A DNA stretch of 64,000 bases. It comes from an uncultured Bacteroidales bacterium (GTDB lineage Bacteria; Bacteroidota; Bacteroidia; Bacteroidales; ML635J-15). The DNA is taken from assembly GCA_964448235.1 (NCBI GenBank), contig CAYUWD010000002.1:307-64306 (forward strand), in the 5' to 3' direction. The position numbers and the translations under genes are program-made. The notes beneath the pieces are model-generated. The model had not been told where the DNA came from. It saw only the letters and a program-made list of their open reading frames with translations, and ran no database searches. Below are positions 47,158 to 56,062 of this stretch, piece after piece. Numbering within the stretch: position 1 is the first letter of the stretch; every line of letters begins with the position of its first letter.

Positions 47158-49104
47158 TTAAGACTTCAAATCTTTTATTTTTGACAGCAATTCTGATTTT
47201 TTTACAGGTTTTGTGATAAATTCATCACATCCGCATTCAAAAGCATAATCAATTTCCTCATTTACTACATATGCACTTTGTCCAATTATTGTTATATTTG
47301 GCAGCATATCTTTTATTTTTCTGGTTGCCTCAAAACCGTCCATAACTGGCATCCTAATATCCATTAGTATCAGATCTGTATCCATATTATTTTGGCAGAA
47401 TTGTAAGGCTTCAAAACCATTTTTTGCCCGGAATAATTTATTATCGGTAATTTTAAGCATATTCTTTAAGAGTAGATAGTTTGTCTCCTCATCTTCAGCT
47501 ATCAGGATTTTAAAATCTTTGTCGTTAAAATATTTATTCAGCCTGATTTCATCGTAATCAGGTATCTGACCAATTTCTGATTTTATCGGTACTGAAAAGT
47601 AAAATATCGTCTCTTTAGCAGGGGTTGATTTCAGCCATATTTCTCCACCGAGTAGTTTTACATAAGCTTTTGTAATCGAAAGTCCCAGGCCTGCTCCACT
47701 GAAGAGTTCTTCATTATTTGAATCTATACGTGTGAATTTCTTGAAGATCTCATCAAAAGATTCTTTAGGAATTCCAGGGCCGTTGTCTTTTACAAAAAAT
47801 TTTACAAACTTTTTGTCTATAGTATACCCGAAATTGATTTCGCCATTGATGGTAAACTTTATAGAATTATCTATTAAATTTGACAAAATTCTCATCAGTT
47901 TTGTTTTATCGGTATGCAAAGTCATATCTTTTGCATTTACCGGACAGATAACTTTAAGTTTTGAGTTTTGCTTTTTTGCTTTGTCACTAAACTGGCAAAA
48001 AATTAAATTACACGTTTCGTTTATATTAACATGTTCTGCATTTATTGCTTCCTGACCTGCCTCTATTGTCGCTATGTTGATGATATCGGTAATCACTGCC
48101 AATAATTGTTCCCCACTGTCAGTAATTATTTTTGTGAATTTTTTTATATCTTCCGACTTTGTGTCAGGCTCTGTAAGTAAATAAGAAAATCCCATAATTG
48201 CATTTAGAGGCGTTCGAATCTCATGAGATATATTATTTAAAAAAGCAGTTTTAAGACGATCGCTTTCTTCAGCTTTTTTAAGGGCTGTAAGCAACTGCGT
48301 TTCATGATCTTTATTCTTTGTTATATCATGCAGATATGTTACAAAACACCCTTCTTTATTCTCAGGTTCGACATAACCGGTGGAAATCAGTGCCCAAATT
48401 ATGTTATTGTTTTTATTAATAAATCTTTTTTCAAAAGTGAGCCTTTGCTGTTTTGATTCAGTAAGTTCTTTGTAAGACAGTTTTAAGCTATCATAATCTT
48501 CAGGATAGGAAATATCAAAAATATTGAAATCCAGAAGCTCTTTTTCTGTATAACCTAGAATATTACAGATTGTGTTATTGACTTTTAAGAATTTACCGTC
48601 TTTGGATATCAGACAAACTCCTGATGCGGCATTTTCAAATGCTGCTCGAAAAAGAGCTTCGCTTTCCCTGATCGAATATTGTGCCCGCTTTAGTTCTTTT
48701 TGGGTTTTGACATGCTCTAAAACCGAATGTATGGACAATGCAAGCCCTTTAATGTGCTTAACTGACTTAATTACATAGTCCGCTGCACCAAGCTTTATCG
48801 CCTGTATGGCTATTTCCTCGGAGCCTGTTCCTGTTACAATTATTACCGGGATCTCAGGACATACCTTTTTTACAAAATCAAGAACCTGCAATCCGTCAAA
48901 TCCAAGAATATTAAAATCACTTAAAATAACATCAAAAAACTTTTCTTTTAGTATATATTCAAATTCTTCTCTAGTTGCAGCCGAAGTAATATTAAAAGTG
49001 TCTCTTTCCTGCATTAAAGTATCCTTGATAAGTATCCTGTCAAGGATGCTGTCGTCAACATGTAATATCTCTATTTTTTTCATATTTTTAAGGTTGATTT
49101 GCAT
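47158..49104 (-). CDS. Hybrid sensor kinase: REC - PAS - HisKA - HATPase - REC
   Basis: N-terminal REC ('ILHVDDS...VILSDFNILGFDG...VIK'), PAS ('FRAAFENAASGVCLISKDGKFLKVN'), H-box 'FLNNISHEIRTPLNAIMGF', 'DNGPGIP', 'GAGLGLSITKAYVKLLGG', C-terminal REC ('ILIAEDEETN...LILMDIRMPVMDGFEAT...TKP'). Confidence 0.85.
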   Translation of the reverse strand: MQINLKNMKKIEILHVDDSILDRILIKDTLMQERDTFNITSAATREEFEYILKEKFFDVILSDFNILGFDGLQVLDFVKKVCPEIPVIIVTGTGSEEIAIQAIKLGAADYVIKSVKHIKGLALSIHSVLEHVKTQKELKRAQYSIRESEALFRAAFENAASGVCLISKDGKFLKVNNTICNILGYTEKELLDFNIFDISYPEDYDSLKLSYKELTESKQQRLTFEKRFINKNNNIIWALISTGYVEPENKEGCFVTYLHDITKNKDHETQLLTALKKAEESDRLKTAFLNNISHEIRTPLNAIMGFSYLLTEPDTKSEDIKKFTKIITDSGEQLLAVITDIINIATIEAGQEAINAEHVNINETCNLIFCQFSDKAKKQNSKLKVICPVNAKDMTLHTDKTKLMRILSNLIDNSIKFTINGEINFGYTIDKKFVKFFVKDNGPGIPKESFDEIFKKFTRIDSNNEELFSGAGLGLSITKAYVKLLGGEIWLKSTPAKETIFYFSVPIKSEIGQIPDYDEIRLNKYFNDKDFKILIAEDEETNYLLLKNMLKITDNKLFRAKNGFEALQFCQNNMDTDLILMDIRMPVMDGFEATRKIKDMLPNITIIGQSAYVVNEEIDYAFECGCDEFITKPVKKSELLSKIKDLKS

Positions 49105-49531
49105 TTATATTTAAAGAAAACCAATAATCGTCTATTTTTTTTACAACTTCGGTAAAGCCTTCGAAAGATACTGGTTTTAACAAATAGCTATTTGCTCCGC
49201 AATCATAACTTAATGCCCTGTCTCCTTCATCTCGGGAAGATGTAAGTATTATCACCGGTATTCGCTTGAGATAATCGGTATTTTTTATTTGTCTTAATAC
49301 TTCAAAACCATCTATCCCAGGCATTTTCAAATCCAGAAGGATTAGTGTAGGCATGGGATATTCATTTCGGTCCGAATATTTACCATGTCCAAAAATATAA
49401 TCCAATGCTTCCTGTCCGTTTTTTGCAACAGAGATCATGTTTGATAGTTTTGCCTGTTTAAAAGCATCAAGGGTGAGTATGATATCCATTTGATTATCTT
49501 CAACAAGTAAAATATTTGCTTTCTTTTCCAT
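49088..49531 (-). CDS. Stand-alone response regulator receiver (CheY/Rcp1-like, no output domain)
   Basis: 147 aa. 'ILLVEDNQMD', 'LILLDLKMPGIDGFEVL', 'PVIILTSS', 'NSYLLKP'. 17-nt overlap with the downstream hybrid kinase. Confidence 0.85.
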   Translation of the reverse strand: MEKKANILLVEDNQMDIILTLDAFKQAKLSNMISVAKNGQEALDYIFGHGKYSDRNEYPMPTLILLDLKMPGIDGFEVLRQIKNTDYLKRIPVIILTSSRDEGDRALSYDCGANSYLLKPVSFEGFTEVVKKIDDYWFSLNINANQP

Positions 49532-49539
49532 TACGATTT

Positions 49540-51378
49540 TTATTTATTTGGTAATTTAATTATAAATGTTGTTCCTTTGCCGGGCACGGAAGTAAGGCTG
49601 ATACTACCAAGCATCATTTCAACGGATTTTTTTACGCTTGCCAAACCAATACCTGTTCCGGGAAATTCTTCTTCACTATGCAGGCGTTGAAAAATATTAA
49701 ATATTTTTTCAAAATACTCTTCGGCAATACCAATCCCATTATCACTAACCTTTATCAATAATTCCCTATCATTATATTCGCAAAATATTTTTATCAATAA
49801 TTTCACATCCTCACTGCGATATTTTATTGAGTTGTCGATAAGGTTAATAAATATCTGTCTTGTTAAACTTACATCTCCTATAATAACGGGCAAAGGTCTT
49901 TCAATTGTGATTTCACCGCCAATATCATGAATCTTATTATTAAATTCTATTTGCATTTCCTCAAGAATTTCATTGAGATCCACCGGTTTAAGGTTTAGTG
50001 CTTTTCTTCCGAGACGGCTGTAGTTCAAAAGATCATCTATGAGTTGTTCCATACGTCGACTGGCCTGAACGACATAGTTCATATACTCCCTGCCTTCTTG
50101 GTTCAATGATTCTCTGTGGCGATTTGCAAGTATCTGGGAGAAACCGTAAACGGCCCTTAAAGGAGCTCTCAGGTCATGAGATATTGAATAGCTAAATGAT
50201 TCCAGCTCTTTATTTATTGTTGTTAACTGTATCGTTCTTTGCTCCACCCTGCTTTCAAGTTCGGCATTAAGTATGTTTAATTCGTTGGTTCTTTTTCTCA
50301 CTTTCGATTCAAGTTCCCTGCTTAACTTGTGCTTAATTTTATAATTGTTGTAAATTACTATTATTAAGAAAATAAACATTACTGTGAGCAAACCCAGTAA
50401 ATTCATATAGTTTCGCTGACGCTGTGTGATTTTTTTCTGTTCGTTGAGTTCATTTGATTTGTTTTCTATTTCCTGTTTTGTTTCTTCCAATTCAGCCTGT
50501 TGTACCTGCAATATTTCTTCGCCTTGCTGTATTTCGGATTTTTGAATATTTATATTATCCTGTAGTGATGTTAATAAGTCTTCCTGCTCCTTTATTTTAT
50601 GTTTTTTATTCTCCAGTTCTGTTTCGCGTAATTGCAATAACCCTGTCTGGGTATTAAATATTTTGTGTTGTTCTAGAATCTTAAAATTTAACATATTAAG
50701 ACTGTCACGGATAAGATTAAGTTCTTTTCTTGCAGTTTTATTGGACTGTTTCAGACTCTCAAGATCTTGTTGCAGTTCTTTAAACTGTTTATTTTGCTCC
50801 CTTAAGTTTTGCTGACCTTTGAAATATAATTCGGCCACATCAACTTCGGTTCCGCCAAGCAAAATGATATCGGGAGATACTTTCAGGTGTTGATTGATAA
50901 TATTTGCATTATTAATCTCGAATTTTAACGAACCGTCAGGATGATCTATGAAATTTATCATGATGTTTGACTGGTCGCCGTAGTTATCAGTGACTAACAG
51001 GGTGTTTTTGCTTTCAATCATGTCATATAAAAGAGACGGATCAATATCGAACCCGGGAGATAAATATATCAGATGTATATTCTCAAAGCTGATTATGTCA
51101 GCTGATCTTTGTACTATAATTTTTTTCCCTCTCAAAAGATATGTTTCCGACATTTTGGAGATGTTTTTGTAAACATCTCTGCTATCGCCAAGTATAAGGA
51201 ACTGGAATTTGTCAATAGAGTCTTCATTATCCCAAGTAATGTTTTTTGAAAAATTGTAAAGATATGCGCTTACTGCAACATCACGGTTAACATTTTGCGA
51301 TATGCATGGTTTGCTACTGATTGCCATTAGCACAATAAAACAAACTGTTATATTTATAATTAATCTTTTTGCTGGCAT
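49540..51378 (-). CDS. Sensor histidine kinase with periplasmic YfiR/DUF4154-like domain and long coiled-coil stalk
   Basis: Signal/anchor, then 'VSAYLYNFSKNITW...FQFLILGD...GKKIIVQR...IHLIYLS...TLLVTDN...IMINFI...LKFEINNANI...LKVSPDIILLG', matching the DUF4154 pattern. Next a ~150-aa Q/E/K-rich coiled coil, TM 'LLGLLTVMFIFLIIVIY', H-box 'FSYSISHDLRAPLRAV', and 'DNGIGI...GTGIGLASVKK'. Confidence 0.8.
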   Translation of the reverse strand: MPAKRLIINITVCFIVLMAISSKPCISQNVNRDVAVSAYLYNFSKNITWDNEDSIDKFQFLILGDSRDVYKNISKMSETYLLRGKKIIVQRSADIISFENIHLIYLSPGFDIDPSLLYDMIESKNTLLVTDNYGDQSNIMINFIDHPDGSLKFEINNANIINQHLKVSPDIILLGGTEVDVAELYFKGQQNLREQNKQFKELQQDLESLKQSNKTARKELNLIRDSLNMLNFKILEQHKIFNTQTGLLQLRETELENKKHKIKEQEDLLTSLQDNINIQKSEIQQGEEILQVQQAELEETKQEIENKSNELNEQKKITQRQRNYMNLLGLLTVMFIFLIIVIYNNYKIKHKLSRELESKVRKRTNELNILNAELESRVEQRTIQLTTINKELESFSYSISHDLRAPLRAVYGFSQILANRHRESLNQEGREYMNYVVQASRRMEQLIDDLLNYSRLGRKALNLKPVDLNEILEEMQIEFNNKIHDIGGEITIERPLPVIIGDVSLTRQIFINLIDNSIKYRSEDVKLLIKIFCEYNDRELLIKVSDNGIGIAEEYFEKIFNIFQRLHSEEEFPGTGIGLASVKKSVEMMLGSISLTSVPGKGTTFIIKLPNK

Positions 51379-53396
51379 TTTGGATTTATTGTATATCTGG
51401 CAGTAAATAAGATACTTCGCTGGGCCTGCCTGTATCTGTCTGGATCCCAGTTTGAACTGTGATAGTATTTTTTATTAAAAATGTTTTTTATTGTTATCTG
51501 AAAAGCCATTCCAAACTGAGTGCTTGCTGTTATACTGCCGTTAAATAATATATACGGGTCTATAATATCGGAACCTGTTGCCTGGATTAGTGTAGGGTTT
51601 TTCCTTTCTCCTACATAATTTGCCCGAATATTCATTTTGAAAAATCTGTTCATAGCATAGGTAATTCCGGCATTGGCAACGTGATCACTTATCTCTTTAA
51701 CTTTTTGTCCGGTTTCATCAAAACTCTGACAATATGTATAATTAAAATACGGGTATATTTTGCCGCTCAGGTAAAATACAGAAAATTCCGTTCCGATAGT
51801 GTTAATATAACCAAAATTTATCCATCTGAAGGATTCCTCAGTAAATTGTTTTATTAAGGTATTCTCAAGTTGATTGTCATATGTCGCAATATCAAGCCTG
51901 AATTTAGGACAGGGCTGGTATCTATACGCAAATTCATATGAAACCAGTTTTTCGGGTAAAAGATTCGGATTTCCTAACCCATCGCTGTAATCCCATGGTT
52001 TTGGTGCTCTAAAAGCCTCTGAGTATGAAAGCCTAAAAATATGTTTATCTGTTAAGTTGTATATTATTGCAAGTCTTGGAGTAAAAACCCTGTCGTAGAC
52101 AGTGCTAATATCATATCTAACACCACCTGAAATATCAAACCCCGGAAACAAATTGAAAAGCGGCTCCAAAAATATACTTAAAAGTTGGTTTTGAATCATT
52201 TCCGGCTTTTCAGGCTTTGGAGGCCTGTAAATTATAGAATCGCTGCTTGACCAGCTCATTTTACTTGATAATGACTCATATTCAAATAATATTCCGGTTG
52301 TCAGTGATATTTTTTTGAAAGGTATATAATTAAAAACATGTTCGGTGCCGATGAGGTTATTTGGTCTATAATAACCTATCTGCGCAGTATCGGTAACATA
52401 ATATACAGTATTGCCCAATACCGTTGCATTACGGTTATATACTATAGATTGTAAAGACAAATATTTATTTATTTCAGCGGAATATTTGACATAAGAGTTG
52501 TTGAACTGTATATTCCAACTTGTCCCAAAATCTTTGTATTCTGTTCCGTATGATTTTATTATACTGGCTAGGGAAGATTTTTTATACATGTAATTTGTGC
52601 CGAATATCAGATTTTTATATTCTGCCTTGAAATTAAAACTGAAGTCTTTTTCAAAGTTGTCCATCAGGTCTGTCCAGTTGTTATCTCCCTTTTCCAGTCT
52701 TAGATCAGCCTTATCGCTTTGTTTATATTGTCCTGAAACAGAAATGCCTCCCGTATTTGATTTATTGGCTTTACGTAAACAGAAGTTTCCGGATGCAGTG
52801 TTAAACGAGCCGATTGTGGTTGAAGCCCCGACACATTCCTGATCATATTTTTTTGTAATTATATTTATTATTCCTGTAACGGCATTTGCTCCATAAACAA
52901 CAGAAGACGGACCATAGACAACTTCAATTCTATCAATGTCAGATAAAATTATTTGTCCCCCTGTATAAAACCCGCCAGAATTAAGTTCATTGACCTGTAC
53001 CCCGTCAATAAGTAGTAATGTGAGATTGTTTTGATTCGGAACACCTCTTTGAAAAACATAGGAATTAAAACCCATGATATTTCTGAATTGGAACCCAGGC
53101 AGATCACACAAAATTTCTTCAAAAGTAAAGTAGCCGCGATCCTGTATTTGCCGAGCTGTAATAACAAATGTTGCTGCAGATAGTTGATTGTAATCCTGGC
53201 TGACTTTCGAAACAGAACTTACTTTTAACTGCGAAAGTTGCCTGAGATCCATTTCCCATATATCAATGCTGTCGTTTTGAGCTTTTACTAAATCTGAATA
53301 GATAAGAATTATTATAAGACATGTCAATTGTCGAATATGTACAATACTTACCATATACTGAAAAACTCTGTATATTAACAATGATTTCATGTTCAA
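51360..53396 (-). CDS. TonB-dependent outer-membrane receptor (plug + beta-barrel), no N-terminal signalling extension evident
   Basis: Plug motifs 'LLIDGVQVN' and 'IDRIEVVYGPSSVVYGANAVTGIINIITK'. C-terminal barrel ends in aromatic-rich strands. 19-nt overlap with the downstream kinase gene. The start may be an internal Met. Confidence 0.8.
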   Translation of the reverse strand: MNMKSLLIYRVFQYMVSIVHIRQLTCLIIILIYSDLVKAQNDSIDIWEMDLRQLSQLKVSSVSKVSQDYNQLSAATFVITARQIQDRGYFTFEEILCDLPGFQFRNIMGFNSYVFQRGVPNQNNLTLLLIDGVQVNELNSGGFYTGGQIILSDIDRIEVVYGPSSVVYGANAVTGIINIITKKYDQECVGASTTIGSFNTASGNFCLRKANKSNTGGISVSGQYKQSDKADLRLEKGDNNWTDLMDNFEKDFSFNFKAEYKNLIFGTNYMYKKSSLASIIKSYGTEYKDFGTSWNIQFNNSYVKYSAEINKYLSLQSIVYNRNATVLGNTVYYVTDTAQIGYYRPNNLIGTEHVFNYIPFKKISLTTGILFEYESLSSKMSWSSSDSIIYRPPKPEKPEMIQNQLLSIFLEPLFNLFPGFDISGGVRYDISTVYDRVFTPRLAIIYNLTDKHIFRLSYSEAFRAPKPWDYSDGLGNPNLLPEKLVSYEFAYRYQPCPKFRLDIATYDNQLENTLIKQFTEESFRWINFGYINTIGTEFSVFYLSGKIYPYFNYTYCQSFDETGQKVKEISDHVANAGITYAMNRFFKMNIRANYVGERKNPTLIQATGSDIIDPYILFNGSITASTQFGMAFQITIKNIFNKKYYHSSNWDPDRYRQAQRSILFTARYTINPKCQQKD

Positions 53397-53589
53397 CTTA
53401 TTTCAATTGCAATGTACAAATAATTTAGATATAATTTATAGCAATTGATGTTTTTTTATTATAAATATTTTTAATCGACAAATAATTATTAATTATTTTA
53501 AAGAGTTATTTTCGCGAAGGTGATGTAAAAATTTTATAGTTTAGATAATTTGCAGTATTTTTATCTTTTTATAATAAGATTGCTTTAGT

Positions 53590-54627
53590 ATGGCTTTATC
53601 TGAAAAATATAATCATCAATTAGAAAAACTTGTCGACGAAATTGACAAAGCAAAAAAGATCGCAATTATTCCTCATTATAATCCAGATGGAGATGCAATT
53701 GGTTCGGCTTTAGCTTTAGGAATTTTATTTAAGGAAATGGGGAAAGAAGTTAAAGTCATCAGTCCTACTCAATTCCCGTCCTTTTTATTTTGGATGCCGG
53801 ATAGAAAACACATTCAAGTTCTTGGAAAAAAAACAGAAAAGAACACAGACCTGCTAAAAGATATTGATATGCTAATAGGTGTTGATTTTAACTCATTAAA
53901 TCGCATCAATAATATTTCGCGTAGATTTAATGATTCTACTGCATTTAAAGTATTAATTGACCATCATCCAAATCCAGAAAATTTTACAGATTTACTTTTC
54001 TCTGAAACAACATATTCATCTACTGCCGAACTTATTTATGAAATAATTGAAAACACTAAATTTAAAAATTTAATTAATAAAGATATTGCAACTTGTCTAT
54101 ATACAGGAATAATGACAGATACAGGTTCCTTCAGCTTTAACTCATCAAATCCAAATACTTTTAGGATTGTTAGCGAGCTTATGAAACATGGCGTTGATAA
54201 AGATTTAGCATACGACAGAGTTTATAATAGTTTTAGTCAGGATAGAATGCGTTTTATGGGGCATGTAATGCTGAACAGAATGGTAATAATACCTGAACTT
54301 AAAACAGCTTATATCTATATTACTGCAAAGGATCGTAAAGATTTTAACGAACAATTTGGAGACACCGAAAATTTTGTAAATATTCCATTATCTGTAAAAG
54401 GAGTTGTATTTTCTGCGATTTTTATTGAAAGAGATAATTTTGTAAAAATTAGTTTCCGTTCAAAAGGGAGCTTCCCAGTTAATAGTTTTAGTGCTAAACA
54501 CTTTAATGGAGGTGGTCACACAAACGCTGCAGGTGGAGAAAGTTTTGATTCATTACAAGAAACTACAAAAAAATTCGTTACTATTTTAAAAGATTACGAA
54601 AAAACCTTAAAAAACTATAATTATTAG
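53590..54627 (+). CDS. DHH/DHHA1 family phosphoesterase (NrnA-like oligoribonuclease/pAp phosphatase)
   Basis: 'HYNPDGDAIGS', 'LIDHHPN', 'DTGSF', C-terminal 'GGGHTNAAGG'. Confidence 0.8.
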   Translation: MALSEKYNHQLEKLVDEIDKAKKIAIIPHYNPDGDAIGSALALGILFKEMGKEVKVISPTQFPSFLFWMPDRKHIQVLGKKTEKNTDLLKDIDMLIGVDFNSLNRINNISRRFNDSTAFKVLIDHHPNPENFTDLLFSETTYSSTAELIYEIIENTKFKNLINKDIATCLYTGIMTDTGSFSFNSSNPNTFRIVSELMKHGVDKDLAYDRVYNSFSQDRMRFMGHVMLNRMVIIPELKTAYIYITAKDRKDFNEQFGDTENFVNIPLSVKGVVFSAIFIERDNFVKISFRSKGSFPVNSFSAKHFNGGGHTNAAGGESFDSLQETTKKFVTILKDYEKTLKNYNY

Positions 54628-54630
54628 TTT

Positions 54631-55191
54631 ATGAATCGTGTTTTACAATTATTATTAATTATTTTCATATTTGTTATTATATCATCATGTAATAATAATC
54701 CAGAATCTAATGCACGTCAATCTGCGCTACCATATTCTGTTGCTAAAAAAGAGCATCAACAAGAGCTTTTGGACTGGAATAAGGAAATTGTAGAAATCGA
54801 TCACACAGTTATTGAGAAATTCATAGAACGCAGAAAGTGGGATATGAAAATTTCGGGAACCGGTTTATATTATCAAATATATCACAAAACAAGTGGAGAA
54901 GCTGCAACTAACGACAAAGTAGCTGAAATTACATACAGTACGATGCTTTTGAATGGTGATGTTTTATACACATCTCAAGAATATGGAAACAGATTTATTC
55001 ATTTAGGGCACAATCAGGATGAACTTGGATTAAACGAAGGTATAATGTTAATGAAAGTAGGCGAAAAAGCCCGATTAATATTACCTCCTCACCTTGCATT
55101 TGGAGTACCTGGTGATGGCCATCTTGTTCCACCATATACTATTCTTGTATATGAAATTGAGTTAGTTGCATTAACAGATAAAACAAATTAA
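54631..55191 (+). CDS. FKBP-type peptidyl-prolyl isomerase lipoprotein
   Basis: Lipobox 'IISSCNN'. FKBP core 'GLYYQI...V.ITY...LNG......' and 'PPHLAFGVPGDGHLVPPYTILVYEIELV'. Confidence 0.8.
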   Translation: MNRVLQLLLIIFIFVIISSCNNNPESNARQSALPYSVAKKEHQQELLDWNKEIVEIDHTVIEKFIERRKWDMKISGTGLYYQIYHKTSGEAATNDKVAEITYSTMLLNGDVLYTSQEYGNRFIHLGHNQDELGLNEGIMLMKVGEKARLILPPHLAFGVPGDGHLVPPYTILVYEIELVALTDKTN

Positions 55192-55195
55192 AATA

Positions 55196-56062
55196 ATGAA
55201 AATAAAATTCTGGCAGATATTTATAATTACCCTTATTTTTATTGCATGTAATAATGGAGATATCAAATTTGATAAGCATGAAAGCGGTCTAGAGTATAAA
55301 ATAGTTACTAAAGGTGAAGGTAAACAAGTAAATATTGGAGATATCTTAATTTTACACCTCGTTTACGAAACAGAAGACGGTGTAAAGATATTTAATTCTG
55401 CTGATACAGAAAGAAAATATTTAAGAAAACTCGAAGCTCCAAAACATACAGGTGGCAGTTTCGAAAATGGATTAGCTTTGTTACATGTTGGAGATTCTGC
55501 TATTTTTAGAATAAATGCCGAAAGTTTTTTGAAATTTTCAGAATCTTATTCAAATCTTCCTAAAAATGTAGATAAAAGCGATAAGATTATTATTAAACTT
55601 AAACTTATTGACATCCTAAAACACGAAGAATTCGACACTCATCTAGAAGAAAGATTTCATGAATCCAGTAAAGTAGAGCATCAAATCCTAGAAAAATTTT
55701 TAAAAAATGCCTCTATTGATATTGACCCTACGGAATCTGGATTATACTATATAGAACAGACAAAAGGTATAGGAGATCCACCAAATATTGGAGATATTAT
55801 TACCGTTAATTATACAGTAAAATTAATTGATGGATTTGTAATAGAAACAACTTATGGAAAATCTCCTTTCACATTTCAATATGGACCAAATGGCTCAATT
55901 GATGCTTGGTTCGAAGGATTAAGCTATATGAGTGAAGGTGGAAAAGCTGAGTTTATTTGTCCATCCGAAATTGCGTATGGCGAAAAAGGGACAAAAGACA
56001 TTCCACCATTTTCTACTATAATATTTGAAGTTGAGTTAATATCAATTGAAAGAACACAATAA
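55196..56062 (+). CDS. FKBP-type peptidyl-prolyl isomerase lipoprotein (two FKBP-like modules)
   Basis: Lipobox 'IFIACNN'. Second module 'GDIITVNYTVKLIDGFVIETT...FICPSEIAYGEKGTKDIPPFSTIIFEVELISI'. Confidence 0.8.
   Translation: MKIKFWQIFIITLIFIACNNGDIKFDKHESGLEYKIVTKGEGKQVNIGDILILHLVYETEDGVKIFNSADTERKYLRKLEAPKHTGGSFENGLALLHVGDSAIFRINAESFLKFSESYSNLPKNVDKSDKIIIKLKLIDILKHEEFDTHLEERFHESSKVEHQILEKFLKNASIDIDPTESGLYYIEQTKGIGDPPNIGDIITVNYTVKLIDGFVIETTYGKSPFTFQYGPNGSIDAWFEGLSYMSEGGKAEFICPSEIAYGEKGTKDIPPFSTIIFEVELISIERTQ

Noticed and set aside
53397-53589. Possible cobalamin or other riboswitch upstream of the TonB-dependent receptor
   Set aside because: The leader is almost pure A/T with no B12-box-like (complement of GCCACTG) or other G+C-rich conserved core. 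No stable multi-stem structure is apparent.
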